The notes under the pieces: model-generated
The model's database searches: none
What the model saw: only the letters and a program-made list of their open reading frames with translations
What the model was told of the DNA's origin: nothing
From: Candidatus Multivorans sp.
GTDB lineage: Bacteria > Acidobacteriota > Thermoanaerobaculia > Multivoradales > Multivoraceae
Direction of reading: 5' to 3'
Assembly: GCA_965224025.1 (NCBI GenBank)
Contig: OZ245033.1
Location: 32,001 to 96,000 of the forward strand
DNA length: 64,000 nucleotides
Shown here: in pieces, positions 38,666 through 48,289 of the stretch
Layout of the letters: each line of letters begins with the position of its first letter
How positions within the stretch are numbered: position 1 is the first letter of the stretch
Program-made: the position numbers and the translations under genes

Positions 38666-38702
38666 GCCGGCCCGCGGCCGGCGCACCCACTGGCGCACCC
38701 AG
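38666..38702 (-). repeat. REP at the right edge of the foreign segment
   Basis: Reverse complement reads CTGGGTGCGCCAGTGGGTGCGCCGGCC-GCG-GGCCGGC. Confidence 0.8.
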
Positions 38703-38705
38703 TGA

Positions 38706-39368
38706 CTACCGCCGGAACGCCCTCACGTCACTCCCCGCTCCTTCGAACAACTGCCGCACCGTCGGCAGCGGCAGGCCGACGACGTTGCTGTAGTTGCCGT
38801 CGATCTCGGAGACGAACAGAGCGCCGAGCCCCTGCACGGCGTAGGCGCCGGCCTTGTCGTCGGGCTCGCCGGTGGCGGCGTACCAGGCGATCTGCTCGGG
38901 GGTCAGTTCGGCGAACAGGACGCGGGTGCTCTCGACGGCGTGCAGGGTGTCGCCGTCGGGCGGCCGGAGAGCGACGCCGGTGAGCACCAGGTGCCAGCGG
39001 CCCTGGAGACGCTCCAGCATGTTGCGGGCTTCGGTCCGGTCGGCCGGTTTGCCCAGCACGTCGCCGTCCTTGACGACGATGGTGTCGGCGGCCAGGACCC
39101 ACTCGCCGTCTTGGGCCCCGGCCTCGGCCTTCTCGCGGGCGAGACGCCGCACCAGGTCGCGGGGCCGCTCGCCGGGGTTGGGCGTTTCGTCGACGGTGGC
39201 GGGGCGAACGGTGAAGTCGAGGTCGAGGGAGGCGAGGAGCTCGCGGCGGCGTGGGGAGGCGGAGGCGAGAATGAGGGGCCCCGGGGTCGCCCGCTCGTGC
39301 GTGCCGCTTCGCAGCGCGCTTGATGCCGGCGGGGACGCCGGCGCACCCAGTGGGGCGGCCCTGGTCAC
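38706..39368 (-). CDS. maf: Maf family nucleoside triphosphate pyrophosphatase
   Basis: LILASASPRRRELL, ADTIV, LGKP, DKAGAY, NVVGLP; REP-derived N-terminus. Confidence 0.95.
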   Translation of the reverse strand: MTRAAPLGAPASPPASSALRSGTHERATPGPLILASASPRRRELLASLDLDFTVRPATVDETPNPGERPRDLVRRLAREKAEAGAQDGEWVLAADTIVVKDGDVLGKPADRTEARNMLERLQGRWHLVLTGVALRPPDGDTLHAVESTRVLFAELTPEQIAWYAATGEPDDKAGAYAVQGLGALFVSEIDGNYSNVVGLPLPTVRQLFEGAGSDVRAFRR

Positions 39369-42214
39369 TGAAAGTAGCCCGGAATCGTCTGGATCGTCAG
39401 GCGGCGTTTGCCGCGGCCGGCGCGGGGATTGGCGAGTTTCACGTCGACCTTGCGGAAGGTGTCGGGTTCGCCCTCGGGCGATTCGAACACGAGCAGGTAC
39501 TGGGAGCGGACTTCGGTCTCGATCCGCTCGTAGACGCGCGGCAACTCGGCGACCGAGGAGATGAAGAAGCAGCGGCCGCCGGTTGCGTCGCAGAGCTGCT
39601 TCAGCCGGCCGCGGAACAGCAGCTCGCGCGGGTCGATGTCGATGCCGATGCTGTAGATCGCCACCTGGGAACGGCGGGCGAACTCCAGCACGTCCTCGAA
39701 GCGGTACTCGCTGCTCGAGTCTCCGCCGTCCGTGAGCAGGATCAGAGCCCGCTTTCCGCGCAGTCCGCCGAAGTAGTAGAGGGCGTAGAGGACGCTGTCG
39801 TAGAGCGCGGTCTCGCCTTCCGCGACGAGGTCGGCGAGACCACCGGCGAGGGCTTCGCTCGAACCGGTGAAGCCGACGGCCAGCTCGGGCCGGTCGTTGA
39901 AGGTGATCAGGCAGGCGCGGTCGCGCGGCCCGAGGACGAGTTCGAAGAAATGGAGCGCCGCCTCCTCGGCCGCGTCGAGGCGGTCGGTCATGGAGGTCGA
40001 GGTGTCGAAAAGGATGCCGGCGTGGACGGGCAGGTTGGCGGCGTTGTCGAATCGCCGCAGTTCCTGCCGCTCACCGTCGACGAAGACCTCGAAGCCCTCG
40101 CTGCCGAACCCCCGAGCCGGATCTCCGGAACGGTCGGTGACGGAAACGTAGAGCTCGATGAGGGCGACCTCGACCTCCTCCACCAGGTTGCGGGAGTTGA
40201 CGAAGACCAGGTCCTCGGCCCACGCGCCGCTCGCGAGGTGCGCCACGGCGCGAACGTAGGAGAGGGGCTCGCCGGGATCGATCTGGATCGGCTGTTCGAA
40301 CGGCGGCTGGTAGAGGGTGGCGGTGCGAGTGTCGTTGAGAAAGAACTCGACCCGGTCCAGCCGCTCATGGCGAGGCGCCTGAACCTCGGCGACCGCGCGC
40401 ACGCTTCGGGTCTCGGCGGCGCCGCGCTGGGGCGATGTGAGGCGGACGGCGAAGCGGTGCGGACCCGAGTTGAGGGTCACCTGGTCCGTGGCCAGGACGC
40501 TGCCCTGCTCATCGTAGGCGTCGACTCGCAGGGTGTGGGCCCGCGGCGCAGGCCCGATGTCGATCTCGACCTCGTAGGGCGGCCGCCGCTTGCTGAGCAG
40601 CTCGCGACCGTCGACCGAGAAGGCCAAGTGATGGATATTGGAACCCTCGGCGTCGGCGCCGACCCGAACCCGACCCGTGATCAGACGTTCGGGCGGGGGG
40701 CGGATGCGGACGAGATGGTCGGGCGCGTCGAGCACGCGGGGGCTGACGGCGTTCGCTTCGGCCAACCAGTCCGGTAGGCCCGGAACGGCTCTTTCCCGGT
40801 CCGGTGCGGCGCCGCCATGGCCGCCGCTGGCGGCGGCCGCGACCACGCCGGCGACGGAGGCGGAGTCGGTCCGTGCCGCCCTCATCGGCACGAGCGGTAC
40901 CTCGATGTCGGCGTCGGCGGCGAAGTAGCGGTCGGCGTCCAGGTCGCGCACCTTGACCACCAGGCGGTAGGCGCCCGGCCGCAGGTAGCGCTGCATGACC
41001 AGGGGGACCGCCCCGCCGTCCGCGGCGCCGGCACGGGTCTGGGCCCGCGGCTCGAACCGGTAGCGGAAGTTCTCGAACAGCTCGCCCTGCCGCAGCACCT
41101 CGCCGTCGAGCACGAAGCGCCGGCGGTCGTCCTCGGCCGCAGGCAACAGGGCCGGGTCGATGCCGACGATCGCCTGGACCACGGTGCGGCTGCCCCGGCG
41201 GCCCGGGTAGCGCATGGCGATCTCGGCCGGTAGCTGCTCGGCGCCGGCGGGCGCCTCCGTGCTGCGGTCGAGGAAGGCGAGCGCCCATTCGTCGTTCGCC
41301 CTCCCGGGCTCGGGCCCGCCCATCGCCTCCCAGTCGAGCGCCAGCCCCAAGGCGGCCAGCACGTCGCCGCCGTGCGCGCACTCGCGGCCGATCTCCGCGA
41401 TCTGCGACGTGCGGTCGGTCAGCGAACCGGTGAAGAGCAGGATGCCGGACAGCCCGTCCGCCGCCGTCCACGGCCGGTAGCGGCCGCCCTGGCGGAGGAA
41501 GACGAGATAGAACTCGCCGCGCACGACCGGGCTGTGCGGGTAGTGCCAGATCTCGAGCGTGCGGAGCAGAGAGCAGGTGGTGCGAAACGTGCGCTCCGGC
41601 TTCCCGTGCAGCAGCAGCGCCTCGAAACGTGCGCCCCGGGCGCCGCCGAAGCGCTCTTCGGCCGTCTCTCGCGCGCGGTCGAAATGCTCCCGGAACTCGT
41701 TCTGCGGCGTCTCGGGATAGGGGTCGCGGACGCTCCAGAAGCGCTTGATGAAGGAGTCGCGCTGGTAGCCGTGCCGCAGCTCGCCGAACACCCGGCGCTC
41801 GGTGTCGGTCAGGATCGCTTCGACCGCCTCGAGGAAGTCGGCGTGCCGCCGGTCCAGCCCGGGGGCGGCGGTGGTTTGGGCGAGGGCGGCGGTGGCGAGG
41901 AGGGTGAGGACGGTGAGAAGGAGACTCGCGCACGCCGCTGCTGCGAAGGTGCCGGCCTCCGGCCGGCGCGTGACCTGGCCGCCTTCGGCGGCGAGCGGGT
42001 CAGAAGACCCGCGCACCCAGAGCGCAACCTCTCCCGGAGCGAAAGTCTCTACCGTAAACCACCGCTCGCAGTGAGGTCGTGACGGTTGCAGAAGAGAAGC
42101 GCGTTCGCATTGACGCCGTGTCCCTGGGTGCGCGGGCCTTCTGGCCCGCATCCGGGCGTCGCCGCGTAGCGGCGTGCGCTCTGCTCTTCCGCATCCGTGC
42201 GGCCCGCACGTCAC
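39365..42214 (-). CDS. GWxTD-like + Ig-like + VWA domain protein
   Basis: FWSVRDPYPETPQNEF, DTSTSM MIDAS, TALYD, LLTDGGD; start uncertain because about 80 codons before the signal peptide are REP-derived. Confidence 0.82.
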   Translation of the reverse strand: MTCGPHGCGRAERTPLRGDARMRARRPAHPGTRRQCERASLLQPSRPHCERWFTVETFAPGEVALWVRGSSDPLAAEGGQVTRRPEAGTFAAAACASLLLTVLTLLATAALAQTTAAPGLDRRHADFLEAVEAILTDTERRVFGELRHGYQRDSFIKRFWSVRDPYPETPQNEFREHFDRARETAEERFGGARGARFEALLLHGKPERTFRTTCSLLRTLEIWHYPHSPVVRGEFYLVFLRQGGRYRPWTAADGLSGILLFTGSLTDRTSQIAEIGRECAHGGDVLAALGLALDWEAMGGPEPGRANDEWALAFLDRSTEAPAGAEQLPAEIAMRYPGRRGSRTVVQAIVGIDPALLPAAEDDRRRFVLDGEVLRQGELFENFRYRFEPRAQTRAGAADGGAVPLVMQRYLRPGAYRLVVKVRDLDADRYFAADADIEVPLVPMRAARTDSASVAGVVAAAASGGHGGAAPDRERAVPGLPDWLAEANAVSPRVLDAPDHLVRIRPPPERLITGRVRVGADAEGSNIHHLAFSVDGRELLSKRRPPYEVEIDIGPAPRAHTLRVDAYDEQGSVLATDQVTLNSGPHRFAVRLTSPQRGAAETRSVRAVAEVQAPRHERLDRVEFFLNDTRTATLYQPPFEQPIQIDPGEPLSYVRAVAHLASGAWAEDLVFVNSRNLVEEVEVALIELYVSVTDRSGDPARGFGSEGFEVFVDGERQELRRFDNAANLPVHAGILFDTSTSMTDRLDAAEEAALHFFELVLGPRDRACLITFNDRPELAVGFTGSSEALAGGLADLVAEGETALYDSVLYALYYFGGLRGKRALILLTDGGDSSSEYRFEDVLEFARRSQVAIYSIGIDIDPRELLFRGRLKQLCDATGGRCFFISSVAELPRVYERIETEVRSQYLLVFESPEGEPDTFRKVDVKLANPRAGRGKRRLTIQTIPGYFQ
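41950..42185. repeat. REPIN composite
   Basis: Oppositely oriented REPs around a spacer closely similar to 47320-47435. Confidence 0.8.
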
Positions 42215-44802
42215 GGGTAGTACCCCTTCAGCGTCCGGATCGACACCCCCGGCGCCCGGGCGTCGACCTCGATTTCGCGGAAGCGGCGGTCGCCGCTGGT
42301 GTTCGTCGACTGGTAGGTGATCAGGTACCGGGAGCGCAGTTCGCCGAGGATCTGCCGGTAGACGCCGGCGAGTTCACCGACGTTGCTGATGAAGAAGGAC
42401 TGGCCGCCTGTCTGGGCGGCGAGGCGCGAGAGCGCCCGCTTGGCCGGACCCGTCTGGCGGCCCAGTCCGATCGAATAGATCGCGACCCCGGAGCGCTGCG
42501 CGTACTCGAGCGCCTGCTCGAAGCTGAAGCGGCTGCTCTCGTCCTTGCCGTCGGAGAGCAGCAGCAGGGCCCGCTGGCCCTTGATTCCGTTCAGGTAGTA
42601 GAGGCCGAAGACGAGCGCGTCGTAGAGCGCGGTGCCGCGCTCGGCCTTGAGCCCGGCGAGCGACCCGGCGAGCTTCACGGGGTCGTTCGTGAAGTCGGCG
42701 GCGAGGTACGGGTGGTCGTTGAAGGTGACCAGGGCCGCCCGGTCGCGGGGGGTGATCTCGGACTGGAACAGGCCGAGGGCGGCCTTGCGGGCGGTGCCCA
42801 GGCGGTCGACCATGGAAGCCGAGACGTCGAGCATCACCTGGAGGTGGACCGGCAGGTCGGTGACCCGCTGGAAGCGCAGGATCTCCTGCGGCGCGCCGTC
42901 TTCGAGGATGGTGACCTGGTCGGCCTGGAGATCCTCATGCGGCCGGCCCGACCGGTCGAGCGCCGTCGCGTAGAGCTCGACGTACTGGATGTCGACGATC
43001 TCCAGGTAGTCCGGCGCGTTGACGTAAACGACGGCGTCGGTGGAGTTGCCGTCGACGAGGAAGGCGGCGGCGCGCAGGTAGGTGATCGCGTCTCCGGGCG
43101 GCAGGTCGACCCGGTGGCTGAAGGGCTCCTGGTAGAGGGTGGCGATCGGTTCGTCGCCCAAGAAGAGCTCCAGGCGCTCGACCAGGCTGCCGTCCGGGAC
43201 CGCGAGATCGACCTCGACCTGGACCTCGCCCTCGTACTTGACGCCCTCGCGCGGTTCGGCGAAGCGGAGCGCGAAGCGGTTGCGGCCGGAGTTCATGGAG
43301 ATCTCGTCCGAGGCGATCTCGGCGCCGTCCTCATCGTGCGCGGTGGCGCGCAGAAGGTGGACCCGGGGCACCGATCCCAGGTCGAGCTCGACCGAGAACG
43401 GGGCCCGGCGCTTGCGGGCGACCTGGTTGCCGTCGAGCCAGAAGCGCATCTCGGCGATGTCGCCGGTGGCCAGGGTGTCGAAGCGCACCAGGCCGGTCTG
43501 GAGTTCGCCGGGCGGTTCGAGGAGCTGCACCGTGGGCACGTCGCTGGCGAGCACCGCCTCCGCCTGGTCGATGATCTTCTGCACCGCCGGGTCGAGCTGG
43601 CGGGCGGCGGGCGCCTCCAGGGTCGGCACCTCGAGCGGCTGCTCCAGACGGGCGAAACGGGCCCCGTTCAGATCCTCGATCTTGAGCACGAGCCGGTAGT
43701 TGCCCGGTCGCAGCCGCCGTTCGAAGGAGAGCAGGATCGGCGGGCCGTCTGTGCCGTCCGCGTCGCCGGCTTCGCCGGCGCTGCCTGTGTTGCCCAGCGG
43801 CAGGTCGAACTTGTAGCGGAAGTTCTCGAACAGCGCGTCTTCGCGCAGCACCTCGCCGGTGAGGAAGAAGTTGTAGCTCGACTGCCCGCCCAGCGTGTCG
43901 CGGCTGGCCGAGGACGGGTCGACCTCGACCAGGGCCTCCACCACGGTGCGCGCCTGGTAGCGGGCCGGGTAGCGGACCTCGAGAGTGGCGCCCAAGGGCT
44001 CGGCGTCCGCGGGCAGGTCCGTGGTGTAGGCCTCGAAGGTGAGCGTCCATTCCGCCGAGGGCGCCTCCGGCGCTTCGATCAGGCGCCCCATCAGCATGGC
44101 GAACTCCATGCCGCCCGAGCGCAGCAGCCAGTTGATCGCGGACGCGGCGACATCGCCGTCCTTGCAGCTCTGGATGTCGAAGCCCGCGCCCTGAGCGCTG
44201 ACGCCGAAGTCCAGCAGCCGGTCGATGCCGTCCGAGGGGTGCCAGAGTTCGTAGTGGGGCTGGTTGGCGCGCCGGTAGAACAGCAGGAAGAACTCGTGGC
44301 CGACCCGGTCGCTGCGTTGGTAGAACCAGATCTCGATCGGCCAGGTGACCATCGTGCACTGGAACTTGAGTCGCCCCGAGGGTTCGCCGTTGAGCAGGAA
44401 CATCCGGGCCCGGTCCGAGCGCGGGCCCTCGAACTCCTGCTGGACGTAGAGCAGCCGCTCCTCCCAGCGGGCGCGCATCTCGTTGCGCGGCGTGTCGGCG
44501 TAGGGGTCGCGCACCCGCCAGAAGCGCTCGATCCAGGCGCGCCGCTGGTAGTCCTGCGTGATCTCGAGGAACGCCTCGCGTTCTCCGTCGGTGATGAGAA
44601 AGTGGACGTCGTCGAGGAACTTCTTGAACTCGAGCGGCAGCGCCGCTTCGACCGCCTCGAGGGCGGCGCGGCGTTCCCGCCTCTCCTTGCGGGTCTCCTT
44701 CCGCTCTTCCCGTGCGGCTTCCGGCGTGACGAGTGCAGGCGCAGCCGAGAGGAGAAACCCTGTCGCCAGGGCCAGGATCGTGGCGCGGCTTGCGGCTTTC
44801 AT
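42211..44802 (-). CDS. GWxTD-like + Ig-like + VWA domain protein (tandem paralogue)
   Basis: Signal peptide, FWRVRDPYADTPRNE, SDRARMFLLNGEP, DVSASM, TALYD, LLSDGKD. Confidence 0.85.
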   Translation of the reverse strand: MKAASRATILALATGFLLSAAPALVTPEAAREERKETRKERRERRAALEAVEAALPLEFKKFLDDVHFLITDGEREAFLEITQDYQRRAWIERFWRVRDPYADTPRNEMRARWEERLLYVQQEFEGPRSDRARMFLLNGEPSGRLKFQCTMVTWPIEIWFYQRSDRVGHEFFLLFYRRANQPHYELWHPSDGIDRLLDFGVSAQGAGFDIQSCKDGDVAASAINWLLRSGGMEFAMLMGRLIEAPEAPSAEWTLTFEAYTTDLPADAEPLGATLEVRYPARYQARTVVEALVEVDPSSASRDTLGGQSSYNFFLTGEVLREDALFENFRYKFDLPLGNTGSAGEAGDADGTDGPPILLSFERRLRPGNYRLVLKIEDLNGARFARLEQPLEVPTLEAPAARQLDPAVQKIIDQAEAVLASDVPTVQLLEPPGELQTGLVRFDTLATGDIAEMRFWLDGNQVARKRRAPFSVELDLGSVPRVHLLRATAHDEDGAEIASDEISMNSGRNRFALRFAEPREGVKYEGEVQVEVDLAVPDGSLVERLELFLGDEPIATLYQEPFSHRVDLPPGDAITYLRAAAFLVDGNSTDAVVYVNAPDYLEIVDIQYVELYATALDRSGRPHEDLQADQVTILEDGAPQEILRFQRVTDLPVHLQVMLDVSASMVDRLGTARKAALGLFQSEITPRDRAALVTFNDHPYLAADFTNDPVKLAGSLAGLKAERGTALYDALVFGLYYLNGIKGQRALLLLSDGKDESSRFSFEQALEYAQRSGVAIYSIGLGRQTGPAKRALSRLAAQTGGQSFFISNVGELAGVYRQILGELRSRYLITYQSTNTSGDRRFREIEVDARAPGVSIRTLKGYYP

Positions 44803-44870
44803 CGGCAACGGGGGGTCCTTGAGCGGGCGGGGGAACTCAGCGGTCAAGCGTAGCGTGCCGACGGCGAAGT

Positions 44871-44901
44871 AAGGTGCCGGCCTTCGGCCGGCGCCTTTCT
44901 T
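44871..44901 (+). repeat. REP-like hairpin with T tail between divergent genes
   Basis: AAGGTGCCGGCC-TTC-GGCCGGCGCCTT-TCTT. Confidence 0.55.
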
Positions 44902-44947
44902 GTGAACACCGCGTGCCCCAGTCTCTGAACGTACAATCCCCACCACC

Positions 44948-46126
44948 ATGCCCATGTCCGTCTACCTCGACCACAACGCCACGACGCCGCTTGATCCGCG
45001 GGTCGCTGAGGCGATGGCGCCGTGGCTCGGGGCGAGGCACGGCAACCCGTCGTCGGTCCACGCCTTCGGACGGGCGGCGCGGGCCGCGGTCGAGCTGGCG
45101 CGGGAGCAGGTGGCGGAGCTCGTCGGCGGGGAACCGGCGGAGGTGGTCTTCACCGCCTCGGGCACGGAGGCGAACAACGCGGTTCTGCTGTCGGCCTTTG
45201 CCGGCGCGGTCGGCGCCGGGGGTGGCCACCTGGTGATCTCGGAGCTCGAGCATCCGTCGATCCAGGCCGCCGCGGACCGGCTTGAGAGCCTCGGTGTCGA
45301 GGTGACGCGGCTCTGCCCAGGCGCCGACGGCGTGGTCGCGGCCGACGCGGTGGCGGCGGCGCTCCGCCCGGACACGCGGCTGGCGTGCCTCATGCTGGCG
45401 AACAACGAGCTGGGTACGGTGCAGCCGGTTGCGGAGGCGTCGGCGGCGTGCCGGGCCCGCGGCGTACCGCTTCTGTGCGACGCGGTGCAGGCGGCGGGCA
45501 AGCTCGCTATCGATGCCGGCGCCCTGGGCGCCGACTACCTCGTCGTCGCGGCGCATAAGTTCACCGGACCGGTGGGCGCGGCCGCGCTCTGGATCCGCGA
45601 GGGCGCCGCCTTTGAACCGCTCATCCTCGGCGGCGGCCAGGAGCGCCGGCGGCGGGCCGGTACCGAGAACGTCGCGGCCCTGGTGGGTTTCGGCGCCTGC
45701 GCGGCGCTGGCGTCAGAGGAACTGGACGTTCGCATCGAGCGGCTGAGCCGGCTGCGGGACGGGCTGGAGGCGGGTCTGGCCGGCATCCCCGACGCCCGGC
45801 TGCACTGTGCGTCGTCGCCGCGGCTGCCCCATGTGACCCACGTCGCCTTGCCGGGCTTGATCGGCGAGGAACTCGTCGTTCGCCTCGATCTGGCCGGCTT
45901 CGCGGTCTCGACCGGGGCCGCGTGCGCTTCGGGCGTCGTCGAGCCGAGCCGGACGCTCCTCGCGATGGGTGTCGAAGCGGCCGAAGCCATGGCGTCGATC
46001 CGGATCAGCTTGGGGACGACGAACGACGAGGCGGAGATCGCTCGCTTCCTGCCGGCGCTGGAGCGCGAAGTGGCGGCGCTGCGCGCCCTGTCCGGGGAGC
46101 CGGCGGCCCGGGCGGTGGCAGGGTGA
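44948..46126 (+). CDS. iscS: Cysteine desulfurase (IscS/NifS family)
   Basis: YLDHNATT, GNPSSVH, ANNELG, DAVQ, AHKF, STGAACASG; next to mnmA. Confidence 0.9.
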   Translation: MPMSVYLDHNATTPLDPRVAEAMAPWLGARHGNPSSVHAFGRAARAAVELAREQVAELVGGEPAEVVFTASGTEANNAVLLSAFAGAVGAGGGHLVISELEHPSIQAAADRLESLGVEVTRLCPGADGVVAADAVAAALRPDTRLACLMLANNELGTVQPVAEASAACRARGVPLLCDAVQAAGKLAIDAGALGADYLVVAAHKFTGPVGAAALWIREGAAFEPLILGGGQERRRRAGTENVAALVGFGACAALASEELDVRIERLSRLRDGLEAGLAGIPDARLHCASSPRLPHVTHVALPGLIGEELVVRLDLAGFAVSTGAACASGVVEPSRTLLAMGVEAAEAMASIRISLGTTNDEAEIARFLPALEREVAALRALSGEPAARAVAG

Positions 46127-47280
46127 GCGCGGGCGTCTCGCCCGCCCCTGGGAACGCGGGCGTCTCGCCCGCATCCGGGGCCGCTCCCCTGACCGCGGTG
46201 GCGATGAGCGGCGGTCTCGACTCCTCGGTCGCGGCGCTGCTCCTGGAACGCCAGGGGACGCCGGTCGTCGGCCTGTCGATGCTGCTCTGGGACCGTTCGC
46301 AGCAGGTTCGGCATGGCCGCTGCTGCGGTTCGCTCGACCTCGGCGACGCGCGGCGGGTGGCCGAGCAGATCGGCCTGCCCCACTACACGCTGCGCATGGA
46401 CGGGGAGTTCCGCCGGCACGTGGTCGATCCGTTCGTGGACAGCTACGTTGACGGCCGCACGCCGAGTCCGTGCATCTCCTGCAACACGGAGATCAAGTTC
46501 GAGGCCTTCTGGGAGCGGGCGCGGCGGCTGGGCGCCGGCCGCATCGCCACCGGCCACTACGCTCGCATCCGGCGCGGCGTGAACGGGAGCTACGAACTCC
46601 ATACCGCGGCCGACCGGTCGAAGGATCAGAGCTACTTCCTGTTCGAACTGACCCAGGAGCAACTGGCCCGCGCCGTGTTCCCGCTGGGCGAACTGACCAA
46701 GACGGAAGTGCGTGAGATCGCCCGCGAGGCTGGGCTGGCGGTGGCGGAGAAGGGCGAGAGCATGGAGATCTGCTTCGTCGACCGCGGCGTGCGGCAGTTC
46801 ATCGAGAGCGAGCGGCCGGACCTGCCGAAGGAGCCAGCCCGAGTGACGGCGAGCGACGGCGCAGAACTGGGCGCCGCCGCGCCGTACTACCGCTACACCG
46901 TGGGGCAGAGACGGGGCCTGGGCGTTGCCGCCGGCCGCCGGCTCTACGTGCTCGACGTGCAGCCGGAGGAGAACAGGGTCGTGGTCGGCGGACGCGACGA
47001 ACTCCTGGCGCCGGGTCTGATCGGCCGCGGCCTGCACTGGATCGCCGGGGCCGCCGCCGGCTCGGGGGTCGAGGTCGAGGTGCGGATCCGTTCGCGCCAT
47101 CCGGGGGTCGCGGCGACGGTCGAGAGCGTGCGCAGCACGGACGACGGACCCGGCGTCTGCCGGGTTGGCTTCGCGGAACCCCAGGCCGGGGTCGCGCCGG
47201 GCCAGGCGGCGGTCTTCTACCGCGGCACGAAGGTGCTCGGCGGCTGCTGGATCGAGCGGGCGTTGAACGCCCGTTGTTGA
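46123..47280 (+). CDS. mnmA: tRNA 2-thiouridine(34) synthase
   Basis: AMSGGLDS, TPSPCISCN, ATGHY, KDQSYFL, TVGQRRG, PGQAAV. Confidence 0.96.
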   Translation: MSAGVSPAPGNAGVSPASGAAPLTAVAMSGGLDSSVAALLLERQGTPVVGLSMLLWDRSQQVRHGRCCGSLDLGDARRVAEQIGLPHYTLRMDGEFRRHVVDPFVDSYVDGRTPSPCISCNTEIKFEAFWERARRLGAGRIATGHYARIRRGVNGSYELHTAADRSKDQSYFLFELTQEQLARAVFPLGELTKTEVREIAREAGLAVAEKGESMEICFVDRGVRQFIESERPDLPKEPARVTASDGAELGAAAPYYRYTVGQRRGLGVAAGRRLYVLDVQPEENRVVVGGRDELLAPGLIGRGLHWIAGAAAGSGVEVEVRIRSRHPGVAATVESVRSTDDGPGVCRVGFAEPQAGVAPGQAAVFYRGTKVLGGCWIERALNARC

Positions 47281-47282
47281 GT

Positions 47283-47435
47283 TGAGCTCGCGCGCGCCGC
47301 TTCGCGGCGGCGCGCTTGGTGCGGGCCAGAAGGCCCGCGCACCCAGAGCACGGCCTTTCCCGGAGCGAGAGTCTCTACTGCAAGCCCACCGCTCGCAGTG
47401 ACGCCGTGCCGGTTGCAGAACAGAGGCGCGCTCGT
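47283..47435 (-). repeat. REP composite
   Basis: GCGGGCCAGAAGGCCCGCGCACCCAG plus CACCGCTCGCAGTGA..CGGTTGCAGAA. Confidence 0.82.
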
Positions 47436-47559
47436 GTCGTGTACGAGGGTCAAGGACCGCCGGGCCTTCGCCGTATGGGTGCTCTTCGATAAGCCCCGAG
47501 ACTGACGGGCCTGCTGCTTGGAGCTTACGGCCATCAAGGGAAGCCACATCAGGCGATTG

Positions 47560-48285
47560 CTAGCGCCGGCCACACCCGCCGACCACGACCGTCACCTCGC
47601 CGCGCAGCTTCGGGAGCTCCCCGACCTCGCCCGCGAGTTCGTCGAGCGGACCGCGCAGCACCTCCTCGTGCAGCTTGGTCAACTCCCGGGCCAGCGCCGC
47701 GTCGCGGTCGGGGCCGAAGGCGTCGGCGGCATCGGCGAGCGAGGCGGCGGCGCGCTGCGGCGACTCGAAGAACACGACGGTGTGGGCGAATTTGGCGTGG
47801 GAGGCGAAGAAGCGCCGTCGTTTGCCCTTCTTTCTAGGCGGAAAGCCGAGGAAGGTGAACGGGTAGGGCGGCAGCCCGGAGACCACCAGCGCGGCCAGGA
47901 TCGCCGAGGGGCCGGGCAACGCTTCGACCGCGAAGCCCTGCCGCACCGCGGCCCGCACGAGGCGGAATCCGGGGTCGGAGACGAGGGGTGTGCCGGCGTC
48001 GGAGACCAGGGTCACGGCGCCGCCGTCTTCGAGCGTGCGCAGCACGCGGCCGATCTGCCGATCCTCGTTGTGGTCGTGAAGCGGCAGCAGAGGCGGCCGG
48101 TAGGCCGGGCCGCCGGCGCCGAGGCTCTGGAACAGCCGGCCGGTGCGGCGGGTGTCTTCGCAGGCGACGAGGTCGGCGGAGAGCAGCGCCTCCCGCGCGC
48201 GGGGGGAGAGGTCGGCCAAGTTGCCGATCGGCGTGGCCACGATCCGCAGCCGGCCCGCGGCGGCCGGCGGTTTCGGGGCGCTCAC
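47560..48285 (-). CDS. rsmI: 16S rRNA C1402 2'-O-methyltransferase
   Basis: VATPIGNL, CEDTR, VSDAGTPLVSDPG, RELTKLHEE. Confidence 0.95.
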   Translation of the reverse strand: MSAPKPPAAAGRLRIVATPIGNLADLSPRAREALLSADLVACEDTRRTGRLFQSLGAGGPAYRPPLLPLHDHNEDRQIGRVLRTLEDGGAVTLVSDAGTPLVSDPGFRLVRAAVRQGFAVEALPGPSAILAALVVSGLPPYPFTFLGFPPRKKGKRRRFFASHAKFAHTVVFFESPQRAAASLADAADAFGPDRDAALARELTKLHEEVLRGPLDELAGEVGELPKLRGEVTVVVGGCGRR

Positions 48286-48289
48286 GGCG

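Noticed and set aside
42079-44853. 924 aa plus-strand ORF and similar long Arg/Gly/Ala-rich ORFs
   Set aside because: Shadow frames of real genes, expected in high-GC DNA.
44871-44901. Intrinsic terminator
   Set aside because: It lies between divergent genes with no plus-strand gene to terminate; more likely a REP variant.
47436-47559. Small gene or ncRNA between the REP and rsmI
   Set aside because: No recognisable motif, RBS or fold; possibly a remnant but unsupported.
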